Both the position numbers and the translations under genes were made by a program. Under the pieces are notes generated by a model. It was not told the origin of the DNA. It saw only the letters and a list, made by a program, of their open reading frames with translations, and searched no databases. A stretch of DNA of 64,000 nucleotides from a virus (lineage: Duplodnaviria; Caudoviricetes), in IMG/VR virus record IMGVR_UViG_3300010998_000005, positions 14,095 through 78,094 of that record, one strand, 5' to 3'. Below are positions 15,956 through 24,741 of the stretch, in pieces; position 1 is the stretch's first letter; each line of letters opens with the position of its first letter.

Positions 15956-16475
15956 GACCAAGGAAGAATTGCTCTTGAAAGCAAACAAAGACTCCGGCTC
16001 TTACTTCGTGCGCAACGAAAGAATTGCGTTTATGGGGGAATATCCCACGCTTACGGATTTAAGGAAAGCATACGGAGAGGGAACAGATGTACAGTGGCTC
16101 TTACCGCAGATAGGCTCTTTGGTAATGTTTACAGGTGCAAAGATGATGGACGAGGAACAACAAAGATACCTTGCAAGGATTATTGCCACCGACTATCATT
16201 TCTTGAAGATTACCGAATTATTGATATTCTTCCATAAGTTTGCAGCAGGGGAATACGGAAAGTTCTACGGCTCGGTAGATGCCCTTACCATAATGGAGGG
16301 GTTAAGGGATTTTATGAACTATCGGATTTACGCCCTGCAAAAGTATGAACAGGAAGAGCAAGAGGAAGAAAGGCAAGAGGAAGAAAAGAAAAACCCTCCC
16401 TTGTCTTTGCAAGAATGGCGAGAGATTAAGGCAATAATCGCAATGTATAATTCCGACTACACAATAGAATACTAA
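15915..16475 (+). CDS. Replication accessory protein (DUF6633-like), possible helicase loader partner
   Basis: Directly follows the initiator; YPTLTDLRKAYG...ELLIFFHKFAAGEYGKFYG pattern. Confidence 0.5.
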   Translation: MSLTLQTRTIHRFKTKEELLLKANKDSGSYFVRNERIAFMGEYPTLTDLRKAYGEGTDVQWLLPQIGSLVMFTGAKMMDEEQQRYLARIIATDYHFLKITELLIFFHKFAAGEYGKFYGSVDALTIMEGLRDFMNYRIYALQKYEQEEQEEERQEEEKKNPPLSLQEWREIKAIIAMYNSDYTIEY

Positions 16476-16539
16476 CAAATAATTATTCACAAACAAAAGA
16501 AAGAAATTATGAAACCAGAAAAAAGCAAAGAAGTTCTTT

Positions 16540-16941
16540 GTGGACTTCGACAAGGCAATGAGCGACGATGAAACTTTCTTCGCACTATGGAACAAAGACA
16601 GTGACAAGGAAAACACCACCTTGGTTGTTGCACCTAATACGGTGGAAAGCCAAGCGCAGGCAGCAGCCATATTGGCAAAGCGCATTTACGAAGGAATGAA
16701 CGGTGAGGGTAACGAAAACGATAAGGTGCTTGCCGATATAATCGTGTTCGCAGTCAAGAAAGCATTTGAATGGCAAGAGGAAGATGATGAAGAAGAATAC
16801 GATGAAGATGAAGACTACAAAGAAGAAGAATGTGCCGATTGTTCCGATATGCGCACTTGCAACGAAAAGAAAGCAATAGCATATCGCAAGAAACACCATA
16901 TACCAAGACCAAAGAAGAAATCAAACAAAAAAATAAGTTAA
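16540..16941 (+). CDS. Hypothetical protein with acidic stretch and CxxC
   Basis: ORF track. The natural start may be ATG 16509, which is out of frame by one A. Confidence 0.7.
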   Translation: MDFDKAMSDDETFFALWNKDSDKENTTLVVAPNTVESQAQAAAILAKRIYEGMNGEGNENDKVLADIIVFAVKKAFEWQEEDDEEEYDEDEDYKEEECADCSDMRTCNEKKAIAYRKKHHIPRPKKKSNKKIS

Positions 16942-17082
16942 AATATTTGGTATATTCAAAATAAAATAGTACCTTTGCATTGTACTTATGTGATTACATG
17001 ATTTTTTGTTTGATTTAATGGTAGATAATAATTGCTTACACCTACAAGGCTTGTGATAAGTAGTAGTAGGTTTTTCAAAAAT

Positions 17083-17154
17083 TGGCGTATGGTGTAGCGG
17101 TAGTCACATTTGCCTTTGGAGCAAATAGCCCAAGTTCAAATCTTGGTACGCCAA
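17083..17154 (+). tRNA. tRNA-Gln (TTG), CCA not encoded
   Basis: Acceptor TGGCGTA/TACGCCA, anticodon arm TTTGC-CTTTGGA-GCAAA, T-arm CCAAG-TTCAAAT-CTTGG. Confidence 0.92.
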
Positions 17155-17163
17155 CAAAGTTAA

Positions 17164-18339
17164 ATGTTTAACGAAAACGAAAAAGAAAAAGAAAGTATGA
17201 AAATTCAATTAAACGTAAATGACATCCTTACGCCGCTTGTAAACGCAACAAGCGTGGTAGGCACAAAGAACTCTATCGCAATCCTTTCTTGCGTAATGAT
17301 TGAGGTAGGAAAGAACAACACCCTTATAATTACGGCAAGCGATGGCTCGCAATGGGTTTCCACTAAGGCGACAATCATAGAAACGGATATTGCCGAGGGA
17401 ACAAAGTTCTGCATCGAAGCAAAGGACTTAAAGCAAGCTCTGTCTAACCTTTCAGGGCGTATCGTAGAACTTAACTTTGATGAAACAGCGCACACGATGA
17501 CTTGTGCTTTCGCCAATGGTAAGTTTACGTTGCCATACCTTAGTGCAGATGAATACCCACAAAGCACACCAATAGAGGGTGATGACAAGGTGGAATACAT
17601 CTTAGACGCACCAAAGATTGCAAGAATGATTGCGCAAACCAACTACGCAATGGCTAACGACCCATTGAGAATGGTTATGAACGGTGCGTACTTTGATTTC
17701 CATAAGGATGACCTTTCCATTGTGGCAAGTGACGGACATAAACTCGCACTTTGCCAAGATAAGACCATAAAGAACGAAGATGGCGAGGACAAATCCTTTA
17801 TCCTTATGGCTAAGTCTGCAAGCATCCTATCTACGTTAATAGACAAAGAGGAAGGACAAATCAAGATTGCTTTCAACGGTAATAATGTTTGCATCAACAA
17901 CCAGAGCTTCAGACTTACGGCAAAACTCATAGAGGGCAGGTTTCCCAACTATAATGCCGTGATACCAAAGGATAGCGACAAAAGGGTTAAGGTGAACAAG
18001 GATGATATACTTAGCGCAATGAAGCGCATACTGCCTATGAGTAGTACAACGACCGAGATTGTAAAGTTTATCTTTTCACCAAACCTGCTTACTTTGTTCT
18101 GCGAGGATGTAGATTACAGCAAGTCTGCAAGTGAAACAATGCAAAGCGACTACCCTAATCAAGCGGACTTTACCATAGGCTTTAAGGGTAGCGCAGTCGT
18201 ACAATCTTTGCAAGCCATAGAGGGTGACGAAGTTGTGATACGAATGACCGAAAGCAGCAGGGCAGCGATATTCACAAGCGCAACAACCGATGAAACGTAT
18301 TCACACATAGCATTGATAATGCCCATATTGGTAGATTAA
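17164..18339 (+). CDS. dnaN: DNA polymerase III beta sliding clamp
   Basis: Three-domain clamp length; NGAYF, VASDGHKLA, KLIEGRFPNYNAVIP and IGFKG...ALIMPI motifs. Confidence 0.92.
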   Translation: MFNENEKEKESMKIQLNVNDILTPLVNATSVVGTKNSIAILSCVMIEVGKNNTLIITASDGSQWVSTKATIIETDIAEGTKFCIEAKDLKQALSNLSGRIVELNFDETAHTMTCAFANGKFTLPYLSADEYPQSTPIEGDDKVEYILDAPKIARMIAQTNYAMANDPLRMVMNGAYFDFHKDDLSIVASDGHKLALCQDKTIKNEDGEDKSFILMAKSASILSTLIDKEEGQIKIAFNGNNVCINNQSFRLTAKLIEGRFPNYNAVIPKDSDKRVKVNKDDILSAMKRILPMSSTTTEIVKFIFSPNLLTLFCEDVDYSKSASETMQSDYPNQADFTIGFKGSAVVQSLQAIEGDEVVIRMTESSRAAIFTSATTDETYSHIALIMPILVD

Positions 18340-18374
18340 AAGAAAATTCTTTTTCATATAATATATTTTTTTGT

Positions 18375-18917
18375 TTGGTAAGGGGGCGCAAAGGGCAAGA
18401 TAAGCATAATCCCACCTATCTTGTACCACCCCTTACCAATTTTAGGAAAACAAGCGAGGAAGTGAGCGACTACAACAATGACATATACGGTAATGCAAGC
18501 GACGGTTTCCTGCAAAGGAAAGGAAAAGGAAAGTACGATGGGGAACTTTCTATTGATGGTGTGAATATTTCACCTATAATGGGAATATTCTTCGAGGACA
18601 ATAATAAAACCTACCTTTGGCTAAAACGTAAACCTTTACTTGAATATGACTTTGAAAGTGGCAGATACAAGGAAAGACCACGTGAACCACGATGGGAAGC
18701 ATACTTGGAAAAACAAAGCGATGGGGTGGTAGCCTTTAAGGGCATTTTCGCCTTTCTTCGCTTCAAATACCGCATAGTCGCCATTTGGGATAGGGTCTTG
18801 GGAAAAGACTTGCAAAGAATGAATTTCTACGTGGAAAGATTACCAATGGAACAACAAACAATAATCAACAATATCAATGAACGAAAAAGACAAGATTTCA
18901 AGACTGAACGCCATTGA
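18375..18917 (+). CDS. Hypothetical protein (true start probably later, e.g. GTG 18462)
   Basis: ORF track; the first ~25 codons overlap the hairpin. Confidence 0.65.
   Translation: MVRGRKGQDKHNPTYLVPPLTNFRKTSEEVSDYNNDIYGNASDGFLQRKGKGKYDGELSIDGVNISPIMGIFFEDNNKTYLWLKRKPLLEYDFESGRYKERPREPRWEAYLEKQSDGVVAFKGIFAFLRFKYRIVAIWDRVLGKDLQRMNFYVERLPMEQQTIINNINERKRQDFKTERH
18377..18437 (+). terminator. Long hairpin downstream of dnaN (terminator or attenuator)
   Basis: GGTAAGGGG/CCCCTTACC outer stem and CAAGATA/TATCTTG inner stem. Confidence 0.55.
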
Positions 18918-19314
18918 GTCTTACGCCTCGCAACTTGTGGAATTGGTTTCCGAGGTATGTGATGTTAGCATAGAGGAAATTTTTGCAGAGGAAAAGAGGG
19001 TGCATTGCGTACACGCACGCTGGCTATATTGGTATGCCCTTAGATATATAACAGGAGAGAGTTACGAGATAATCAGCAGACCAAGGTATTTCTGTACACG
19101 CAAGTACACTTCTAATGCCGTGGGGGTTGGGGTAAAGAACATCGGGGAAATGATGGCACGTGAACCTCTATGGCACAAACGATGGATTTTACTGAAACAA
19201 GCAATCAAGGAAAAAATTTCCGATATAGATATTGTAGAAGATAACACGATAGTTATTAACGTTCCAAAAGGTATGCGAAGCCAGTTTAACGTAGTGATAC
19301 AAGAAAAGAAATAA
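18877..19314 (+). CDS. Helical protein resembling the DnaA C-terminal (domain IV) fold
   Basis: LVELVSEVCDVSIEEIFAEEKRVHCVHARWLYWYALRYITGES resembles the DnaA dom. IV pattern (V...FxISxxEI...R..xVxARxxAMYL). Confidence 0.45.
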   Translation: MNEKDKISRLNAIESYASQLVELVSEVCDVSIEEIFAEEKRVHCVHARWLYWYALRYITGESYEIISRPRYFCTRKYTSNAVGVGVKNIGEMMAREPLWHKRWILLKQAIKEKISDIDIVEDNTIVINVPKGMRSQFNVVIQEKK

Positions 19315-19331
19315 AAGAAAGGGAAAAATAT

Positions 19332-19730
19332 ATGCTATACGAAGTAGAAATATCTTACACGTCATTAGACGACAAGACTATCAAGGAAAAGTATTTGGTG
19401 GAGGCAGAAGAGTTCTTTGCCAATGTTGAACACTCCATGTATAAGAAGTTCATAACACTTAACGACCTTGATGTTACAAAGATTAAGCGTAGCAACATCA
19501 AGGAAGTGGCTAACAAGCGCAACCTTACAACCGACAAAGTATGGATTGCGCAATTGCAAGATGTGTTTGTAGATGATGAAGGAGTGGAAAAGCCCATCAA
19601 ATACAAGATTGCCTTTTTCTCCGAAACCTACGAAAGCGCAAACGACTTTATCATTGAATATTCTAAACAAGGCTATCAAATGTCGCTTGTAAGCATGAAA
19701 CTCTCTAACTTTAACGATGTAATACAATAG
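19332..19730 (+). CDS. DUF4494-family protein
   Basis: MLYEVEISY...KEKYLVEAEEF..VE...LDVTKIK pattern typical of Bacteroidota DUF4494. Confidence 0.65.
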   Translation: MLYEVEISYTSLDDKTIKEKYLVEAEEFFANVEHSMYKKFITLNDLDVTKIKRSNIKEVANKRNLTTDKVWIAQLQDVFVDDEGVEKPIKYKIAFFSETYESANDFIIEYSKQGYQMSLVSMKLSNFNDVIQ

Positions 19731-19734
19731 AATT

Positions 19735-20226
19735 ATGAGCAAGGTATTTGTAGGTGTTGACAATGGTGTAACAGGTACGATTGGAATAGTAGGAGACAAT
19801 ATACAACCACAAATATATCATACGCCAATCAAAGTAGAGCAGGACTACACCAAGGCAAAGAAAAATATAAAGCGTTTGGATTGTAGTGCCTTTATGGAAA
19901 TCTTTAGCCAATTCAACAAGAACGACATTCATGTGGTATGTGAAAGACCCATGATTAACCCTACACGTTGGAACGCATCTATGTCTGCTATCCGTTGTTG
20001 GGAGGCACAACTTATAATACTTGAAGTGTTAGGTGTGCCGCACCAATTTATTGATAGCAAGGAATGGCAAAAGGAATTGCTGCCAAAGGGTATCAAGGGT
20101 GCTGACGAACAGAAGAAAGCAAGTAAGGATATTGGCAAACGCTTGTTCCCACAACTTGCTGACTTTAAGCATACGGACTTTGACGGATTGTTGATTGCGG
20201 AATATGCACGACGTAAAAATTTGTAA
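19735..20226 (+). CDS. RuvC-like Holliday junction resolvase
   Basis: VGVDNGVTG, VVCERP and DGLLIAEY catalytic acidic motifs. Confidence 0.8.
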   Translation: MSKVFVGVDNGVTGTIGIVGDNIQPQIYHTPIKVEQDYTKAKKNIKRLDCSAFMEIFSQFNKNDIHVVCERPMINPTRWNASMSAIRCWEAQLIILEVLGVPHQFIDSKEWQKELLPKGIKGADEQKKASKDIGKRLFPQLADFKHTDFDGLLIAEYARRKNL

Positions 20227-20439
20227 ATTATGAAGTACGAAAATTATCCAAGATTATGAACAAAGAAGAATTAGAAAAACTCGCAAAACCGTTAAATGAG
20301 TGGTTGCGAAAGAACGGAAAGAACGGTGGTGCGCACACGCATATCTTTATTTACTCTAATGGTGTGGAAGTTGTTGAATCAAAAATGTTTTTTGCCGTTG
20401 ATGTTTCGGACTAATAATTGATTGTAACAAAGAAATAAT

Positions 20440-21060
20440 ATGTTAGACTTACTTTCTACACAAAACCAACTCCACACAAGGCTTGTGGACTTTACCTTGC
20501 AAGAATACTTATTCACGCTCCAAGTAGTCTTAGGAGAGAGAATAGAAGTTGCATACGCAAATACTTTTGACACGCAAGAATACAAGCGTAATATTCCATC
20601 CGAGGATGAAGAAGAATACCTTGCAAGTAAGCGCAAGGATGCCGAAATAATGTTGGAACAACAAAATTGCCGACATCTACGTGAATACCTTGAACAAGAA
20701 TACCGTAGCGACATCCAAGAAAAAGCAAGCACGCTAAAGGACTTCAAGTTTACGGGTGCTGAGGTTCAAAGGCTTTTGAATAACCTTTTGCATGAAAGGT
20801 CGCAAGAGCTAAGTGAGGCAAGTGTTAGAGATATTCTTGCACTTATCAAGAGTATGTATGATTCTGGTGCACTTGATTCGGGGGATGCTTTCAGCCAGCA
20901 TTTTGTGACCATCCCAAACAAGTACAACACTATTTGCCCTCGATGCTCACGTGAGGGCTATGCGATTGAAGGGCTTGACTTTCGCTGCGAACATTGCGGT
21001 TGCATAGCGAAGTGGGATGAAAGTTCTCGTAGATATTTTCCCGAATTAAATCACCTCTAA
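20440..21060 (+). CDS. Hypothetical protein with C-terminal Zn ribbon (possible terminase small subunit)
   Basis: CPRC...CEHC. No other small-terminase candidate is seen, so the function is inference only. Confidence 0.6.
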   Translation: MLDLLSTQNQLHTRLVDFTLQEYLFTLQVVLGERIEVAYANTFDTQEYKRNIPSEDEEEYLASKRKDAEIMLEQQNCRHLREYLEQEYRSDIQEKASTLKDFKFTGAEVQRLLNNLLHERSQELSEASVRDILALIKSMYDSGALDSGDAFSQHFVTIPNKYNTICPRCSREGYAIEGLDFRCEHCGCIAKWDESSRRYFPELNHL

Positions 21061-21072
21061 ACTTTAACGCTT

Positions 21073-21231
21073 ATGGAAACGGATTTTAGAATTGCAGAGA
21101 GTAGGTATCTTAGAATGTTAGGAGACCCTGACCGTTATAGCGAAGAAGAAAGGTTTGAGATTGAAAGAGAATTTTCAAGACAATCAACCGAAATGATTTT
21201 AGCAAGTTTAATTTTAGAATGTCGCTTATGA
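21073..21231 (+). CDS. Small hypothetical protein (52 aa)
   Basis: Manual translation METDFRIAESRYLRMLGDPDRYSEEER...; same start context as its neighbours. Confidence 0.55.
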   Translation: METDFRIAESRYLRMLGDPDRYSEEERFEIEREFSRQSTEMILASLILECRL

Positions 21232-21575
21232 CACAAGAAGAAAGAATATCTAATTACCACAAACTTTTTGATGGAATAAAGAAAGAAGGGCGTTTCGCAG
21301 GGATTACTGTATATGATAGCGTTGACCCACAAGATTGTGAAGACTATGCTGGCAACATTATACACGACCATGTTCGATATATGCGAATGTTTTTGAACTT
21401 TACCGACAATAAAGATAAAGGTCGTGAGTTCATTGACAATATCACGGTAGAAAAATTGCAAGACTGTGGCTTAAACCCTTACGACGGAAAGTTGGATAAA
21501 GACTATATGCTTTCGTTGTTGGACGCAACAGGTAAGTTCGATATTAAATTAGAATTTGAAGTAGTAGAATATTAA
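21228..21575 (+). CDS. Hypothetical protein
   Basis: Probable start MTQEERIS at 21228. Confidence 0.7.
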   Translation: MTQEERISNYHKLFDGIKKEGRFAGITVYDSVDPQDCEDYAGNIIHDHVRYMRMFLNFTDNKDKGREFIDNITVEKLQDCGLNPYDGKLDKDYMLSLLDATGKFDIKLEFEVVEY

Positions 21576-21580
21576 CGCTT

Positions 21581-21811
21581 ATGGAAACCATTTGGCACGA
21601 CTTACGAAAGAAGCCAATACCACTTGAATATCTGCTTGTGGAAACACACACAAAGCACTATCCGTATAGGGTGTGTTTATATTTTGAAGATGGAACTTTT
21701 AGGGACGCTTACAAGACATCTTATTTCTTTCCAAAGTCATGTAAAGTGCCACACCATCGGGATAATGACTTTACAGTTAAGAGGTGGGCTTACATAAAAG
21801 ATATAAAATAA
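21581..21811 (+). CDS. DUF551-like small protein
   Basis: WHDLRKKP...VKRWAYI, the W...W pattern of DUF551-type phage proteins. Confidence 0.5.
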   Translation: METIWHDLRKKPIPLEYLLVETHTKHYPYRVCLYFEDGTFRDAYKTSYFFPKSCKVPHHRDNDFTVKRWAYIKDIK

Positions 21812-21816
21812 CGCTT

Positions 21817-22161
21817 ATGGAAGAAAATATGGTATATTGCCACCGAAACAAATGGCATTGGGGTGAAAGCATAGATATTGTGCGCAAGGACGGTTTGGCT
21901 ATAATGTGTGTCAAGTTTGATAAAGACTTTCCAAGTGTGGCTTACTTTTGCGATTTGTCGGTACTTGAAACCGAACGTAGGCAAGGATTAGGCAATGATA
22001 TGCTTGACCACGCTTTTGCCGTTGCAAGGAAATACGGCAAAACCTTTGCACGGTTGTATTGTGACAAGACAAAGATTTGGCTTAAAGAATGGTACGAAAA
22101 ACGTGGGTTTAAGATTTTCTCGCAAGATGAACACGATTACGAAATGATAATGGAATTGTAG
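21817..22161 (+). CDS. GNAT-family acetyltransferase
   Basis: LSVLETERRQGLG acetyl-CoA motif A and WYEKRGF motif B. Confidence 0.85.
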   Translation: MEENMVYCHRNKWHWGESIDIVRKDGLAIMCVKFDKDFPSVAYFCDLSVLETERRQGLGNDMLDHAFAVARKYGKTFARLYCDKTKIWLKEWYEKRGFKIFSQDEHDYEMIMEL

Positions 22162-22180
22162 ATAGTAACACAATAACGAG

Positions 22181-22224
22181 GAAACACCCCTATTTGTCGT
22201 TTTAAGGCACGTAGGGGCGTTTTC
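22181..22224. terminator. Probable bidirectional terminator between convergent operons
   Basis: GAAACACCCCT...AGGGGCGTTTT imperfect hairpin at the +/- junction. Confidence 0.45.
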
Positions 22225-22282
22225 TTGTGCTTGGTGGTATAGTTGACCACACGAACAAAAATAATCGCTTAGAGAGGGGTTT

Positions 22283-22651
22283 TTAGTTTTGTGGTATCAT
22301 ATATACCTTTTCCTCCTCTCCTCCTTGTTCGTTCTTTTTATCCTCGTTAGTCGTTTCCTTCAAGAAATCCGTGTTTGGTGTTGAACTCCCAAAACCACCA
22401 TAGTTGAACATTGAACCGAGGATGCCTAAAGCAAACATATCGGCAAGCCCACTGTTTAGTTGAATTTTCGCACCCCACAATAGATTGCATAGCGTACTTA
22501 AATGCCCTTCGGTAGCCATCTTGTCCTTTTGATACTTTTGCTTGTCGAACTCGTCAAGTTTGTAGAACTCTTCCGAATAGCGAAATCTTGTTTTCTCTAC
22601 AAGGCTTTCAAGCGTTGCCTTGTATTCTTCTAAAAGTTTTTCTCTTTCCAT
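22283..22651 (-). CDS. Hypothetical protein
   Basis: ORF track; last gene of the - strand operon. Confidence 0.7.
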   Translation of the reverse strand: MEREKLLEEYKATLESLVEKTRFRYSEEFYKLDEFDKQKYQKDKMATEGHLSTLCNLLWGAKIQLNSGLADMFALGILGSMFNYGGFGSSTPNTDFLKETTNEDKKNEQGGEEEKVYMIPQN

Positions 22652-22693
22652 TTTTTTTGTTTTCTTTGTAAAAGTTATATTTAATAATATTCT

Positions 22694-23080
22694 TTAATAG
22701 CAAGGCAGCGCAACCTCGGTAACAAATTGTCTCATAAGTTCACCCATAGTATAAGCAGACTCTTCCGCATCCAATCCCTCACCATAGAAGCGTATAATAG
22801 AACAAGTTGCATGGTAGAGTTCGTGAGCAACGCTCGACCAAAATTCATCATTGCTTGTTGCCTTGGAAATCATAACAAGCGACATCTTTACTTCGGGGAA
22901 AGATACGCACATACCCGTATTGGGTGCGGAAAGTATGTTCAACGAGCGACGTGCTTGGATAGGCGACACACCAAAAGACACTATGATTTCAAACAATTCG
23001 TCATATTCACTTTCAACATCGTAGTTGAAAAGAACTACACAACCCCATTTGCCCGCAAGGTCTAAATACGCTTTTTCCAT
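22694..23080 (-). CDS. Small HExxH (zincin-like) protein
   Basis: VAHELYH...AEESAY motif. Confidence 0.55.
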   Translation of the reverse strand: MEKAYLDLAGKWGCVVLFNYDVESEYDELFEIIVSFGVSPIQARRSLNILSAPNTGMCVSFPEVKMSLVMISKATSNDEFWSSVAHELYHATCSIIRFYGEGLDAEESAYTMGELMRQFVTEVALPCY

Positions 23081-23084
23081 AAGT

Positions 23085-23495
23085 CTATATCATTTCGTTC
23101 CAATGAATAATGCAACCGCCAACACTACAATCGGCAAGGTAGCGTGCAAACACTTGACCCTCGGAAGCATCAACATCACACAGTGTGTCCTCGATATACT
23201 TCGCAAGATGCTCTTCATCCTCGATAGATGAACCCCAATAGTCTGCTTTAACCATCGCGGCGAGATACAAAGCGTTATATAGGTCATTGCTTTCAATTTC
23301 TATCTTGTGCTTTGTAAGCAACGATTTAAGTTCGTCAAGTGTCATAGGCTTAACCATTTCAAGTTTACCATCGGCACTTTCCCTGCGCATATTCTCAACT
23401 GCAAATTCGTACAGTTTCTTTGAGAAATTCATTCCATAGTAGGATAGGTAGATTTTCATATCCTCTGGAATATCATATTTCATAAAGTTTGCCAT
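23085..23495 (-). CDS. Conserved gut-phage hypothetical protein
   Basis: YLSYYGMNFSKKLYEFAV...AMVKADYWGSSI...YIEDTLCDVD pattern. Confidence 0.75.
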   Translation of the reverse strand: MANFMKYDIPEDMKIYLSYYGMNFSKKLYEFAVENMRRESADGKLEMVKPMTLDELKSLLTKHKIEIESNDLYNALYLAAMVKADYWGSSIEDEEHLAKYIEDTLCDVDASEGQVFARYLADCSVGGCIIHWNEMI

Positions 23496-23576
23496 AATAT
23501 ATGTTCTTTATAATTCTTTACAATTCTTTCAATATTGGAAAGGATTGGCAGTTGCCCACCAATCCAATCCGTGTAG

Positions 23577-23801
23577 TTAAACGTATCTGCCCATAGAGTC
23601 TCTGCGGCGACGCATTTCCATTTCGTCATCCATATCCTCCATTGCGTGTTCATAACCTTTCTTGTAGTAGTGTTCACGCATGGTAGCACTTGAACCTCCG
23701 TAGTTGCGATAGTTACCGCCACCACGATAAGCACGGCGCATTTGAGAGCGTAAGCCCTGCATTTCGTCATCTCTGTCTGTGTTGAAAATCAAATAGCCCA
23801 T
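23577..23801 (-). CDS. Small Arg/Gly/Tyr-rich hypothetical protein
   Basis: ...YEHAMEDMDDEMEMRRRRDSMGRYV. Confidence 0.75.
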   Translation of the reverse strand: MGYLIFNTDRDDEMQGLRSQMRRAYRGGGNYRNYGGSSATMREHYYKKGYEHAMEDMDDEMEMRRRRDSMGRYV

Positions 23802-23839
23802 TTTACTATTCCTTTCTTGTTTTTAATGAATACCTAAGT

Positions 23840-24349
23840 TTACGATGGTGAGTCAAGTTTCTTTAAGATGTTCAGAATGCTATCTAACTTTTGGTCGGTA
23901 GCAGACTGCCTTTTCTCTAAGTCACTTATGGTACGTGCTTGCCTTTTTTCTTCCGCATAGCGAGGATTAAGGGTTTCAAGCATTTTTTCTGACTCTTGTA
24001 TCACGCTCTTGTGGAAAGGTATTTGTTCCAACGCCTTTTTAGAGGTTTGTAGCATCGTATCGACTGCTTGTAACATTGCTTCCCTGCTACCACTAAAGGT
24101 TTCGTTACCCATAGCAGCAATCTCTACATTGATAGGAATGCTTGGTATAACCCTGTCACTGCCATTTATCGTAACGGTCAAATCCACCACTTGCTGAAAG
24201 TTTAAGCCATTCATCAAGTTAGGGGTTGAGGTTTGATACTGTGGGCGTGGTTGGGATTTTCCCTTTACCGTTCCTACTTCAAGTATTGGTCGCTCGCCTT
24301 TCTTTAGCACATAGAACGGACAACCGTTTGTAAGACTTTGAATATCCAT
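23840..24349 (-). CDS. Conserved hypothetical protein (beta domain plus coiled coil)
   Basis: ORF track; operon context. Confidence 0.75.
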   Translation of the reverse strand: MDIQSLTNGCPFYVLKKGERPILEVGTVKGKSQPRPQYQTSTPNLMNGLNFQQVVDLTVTINGSDRVIPSIPINVEIAAMGNETFSGSREAMLQAVDTMLQTSKKALEQIPFHKSVIQESEKMLETLNPRYAEEKRQARTISDLEKRQSATDQKLDSILNILKKLDSPS

Positions 24350-24381
24350 TGTTTTTGTTACTTTTAATTGTTAAACACTAA

Positions 24382-24717
24382 TTACACTATTGTACGAGAC
24401 GTAAGCACAAGCAAGCCATTAAACTTGTCATTGAAAACCTGCAAGATGCTTGCACCAAGCACATCAGTAACAGTTACAGCATCGCCATTAGCCAAAGTTA
24501 ATGCCCTTGTCACTCCATTCAATGTCAATGTTATTGGCAAAGTTGCAGTAGTGCCAGTAGGTATTGCATTTTCCATTCGGATAGTAAAGTACCCGATAGG
24601 TTGTATGCGCCTCCAACCAAGTGCAATGTTTACGGTGTCAGTACCTACGGTAACTTGTGTATTCGCAATATAAGGCTGACCACCTGCGTTGATTGTTATG
24701 TTTGTATTACAATTCAT
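24382..24717 (-). CDS. Hypothetical beta-rich protein
   Basis: ORF track; operon context. Confidence 0.7.
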   Translation of the reverse strand: MNCNTNITINAGGQPYIANTQVTVGTDTVNIALGWRRIQPIGYFTIRMENAIPTGTTATLPITLTLNGVTRALTLANGDAVTVTDVLGASILQVFNDKFNGLLVLTSRTIV

Positions 24718-24741
24718 GCGTTTTACCTCCTATGCCTTAAA

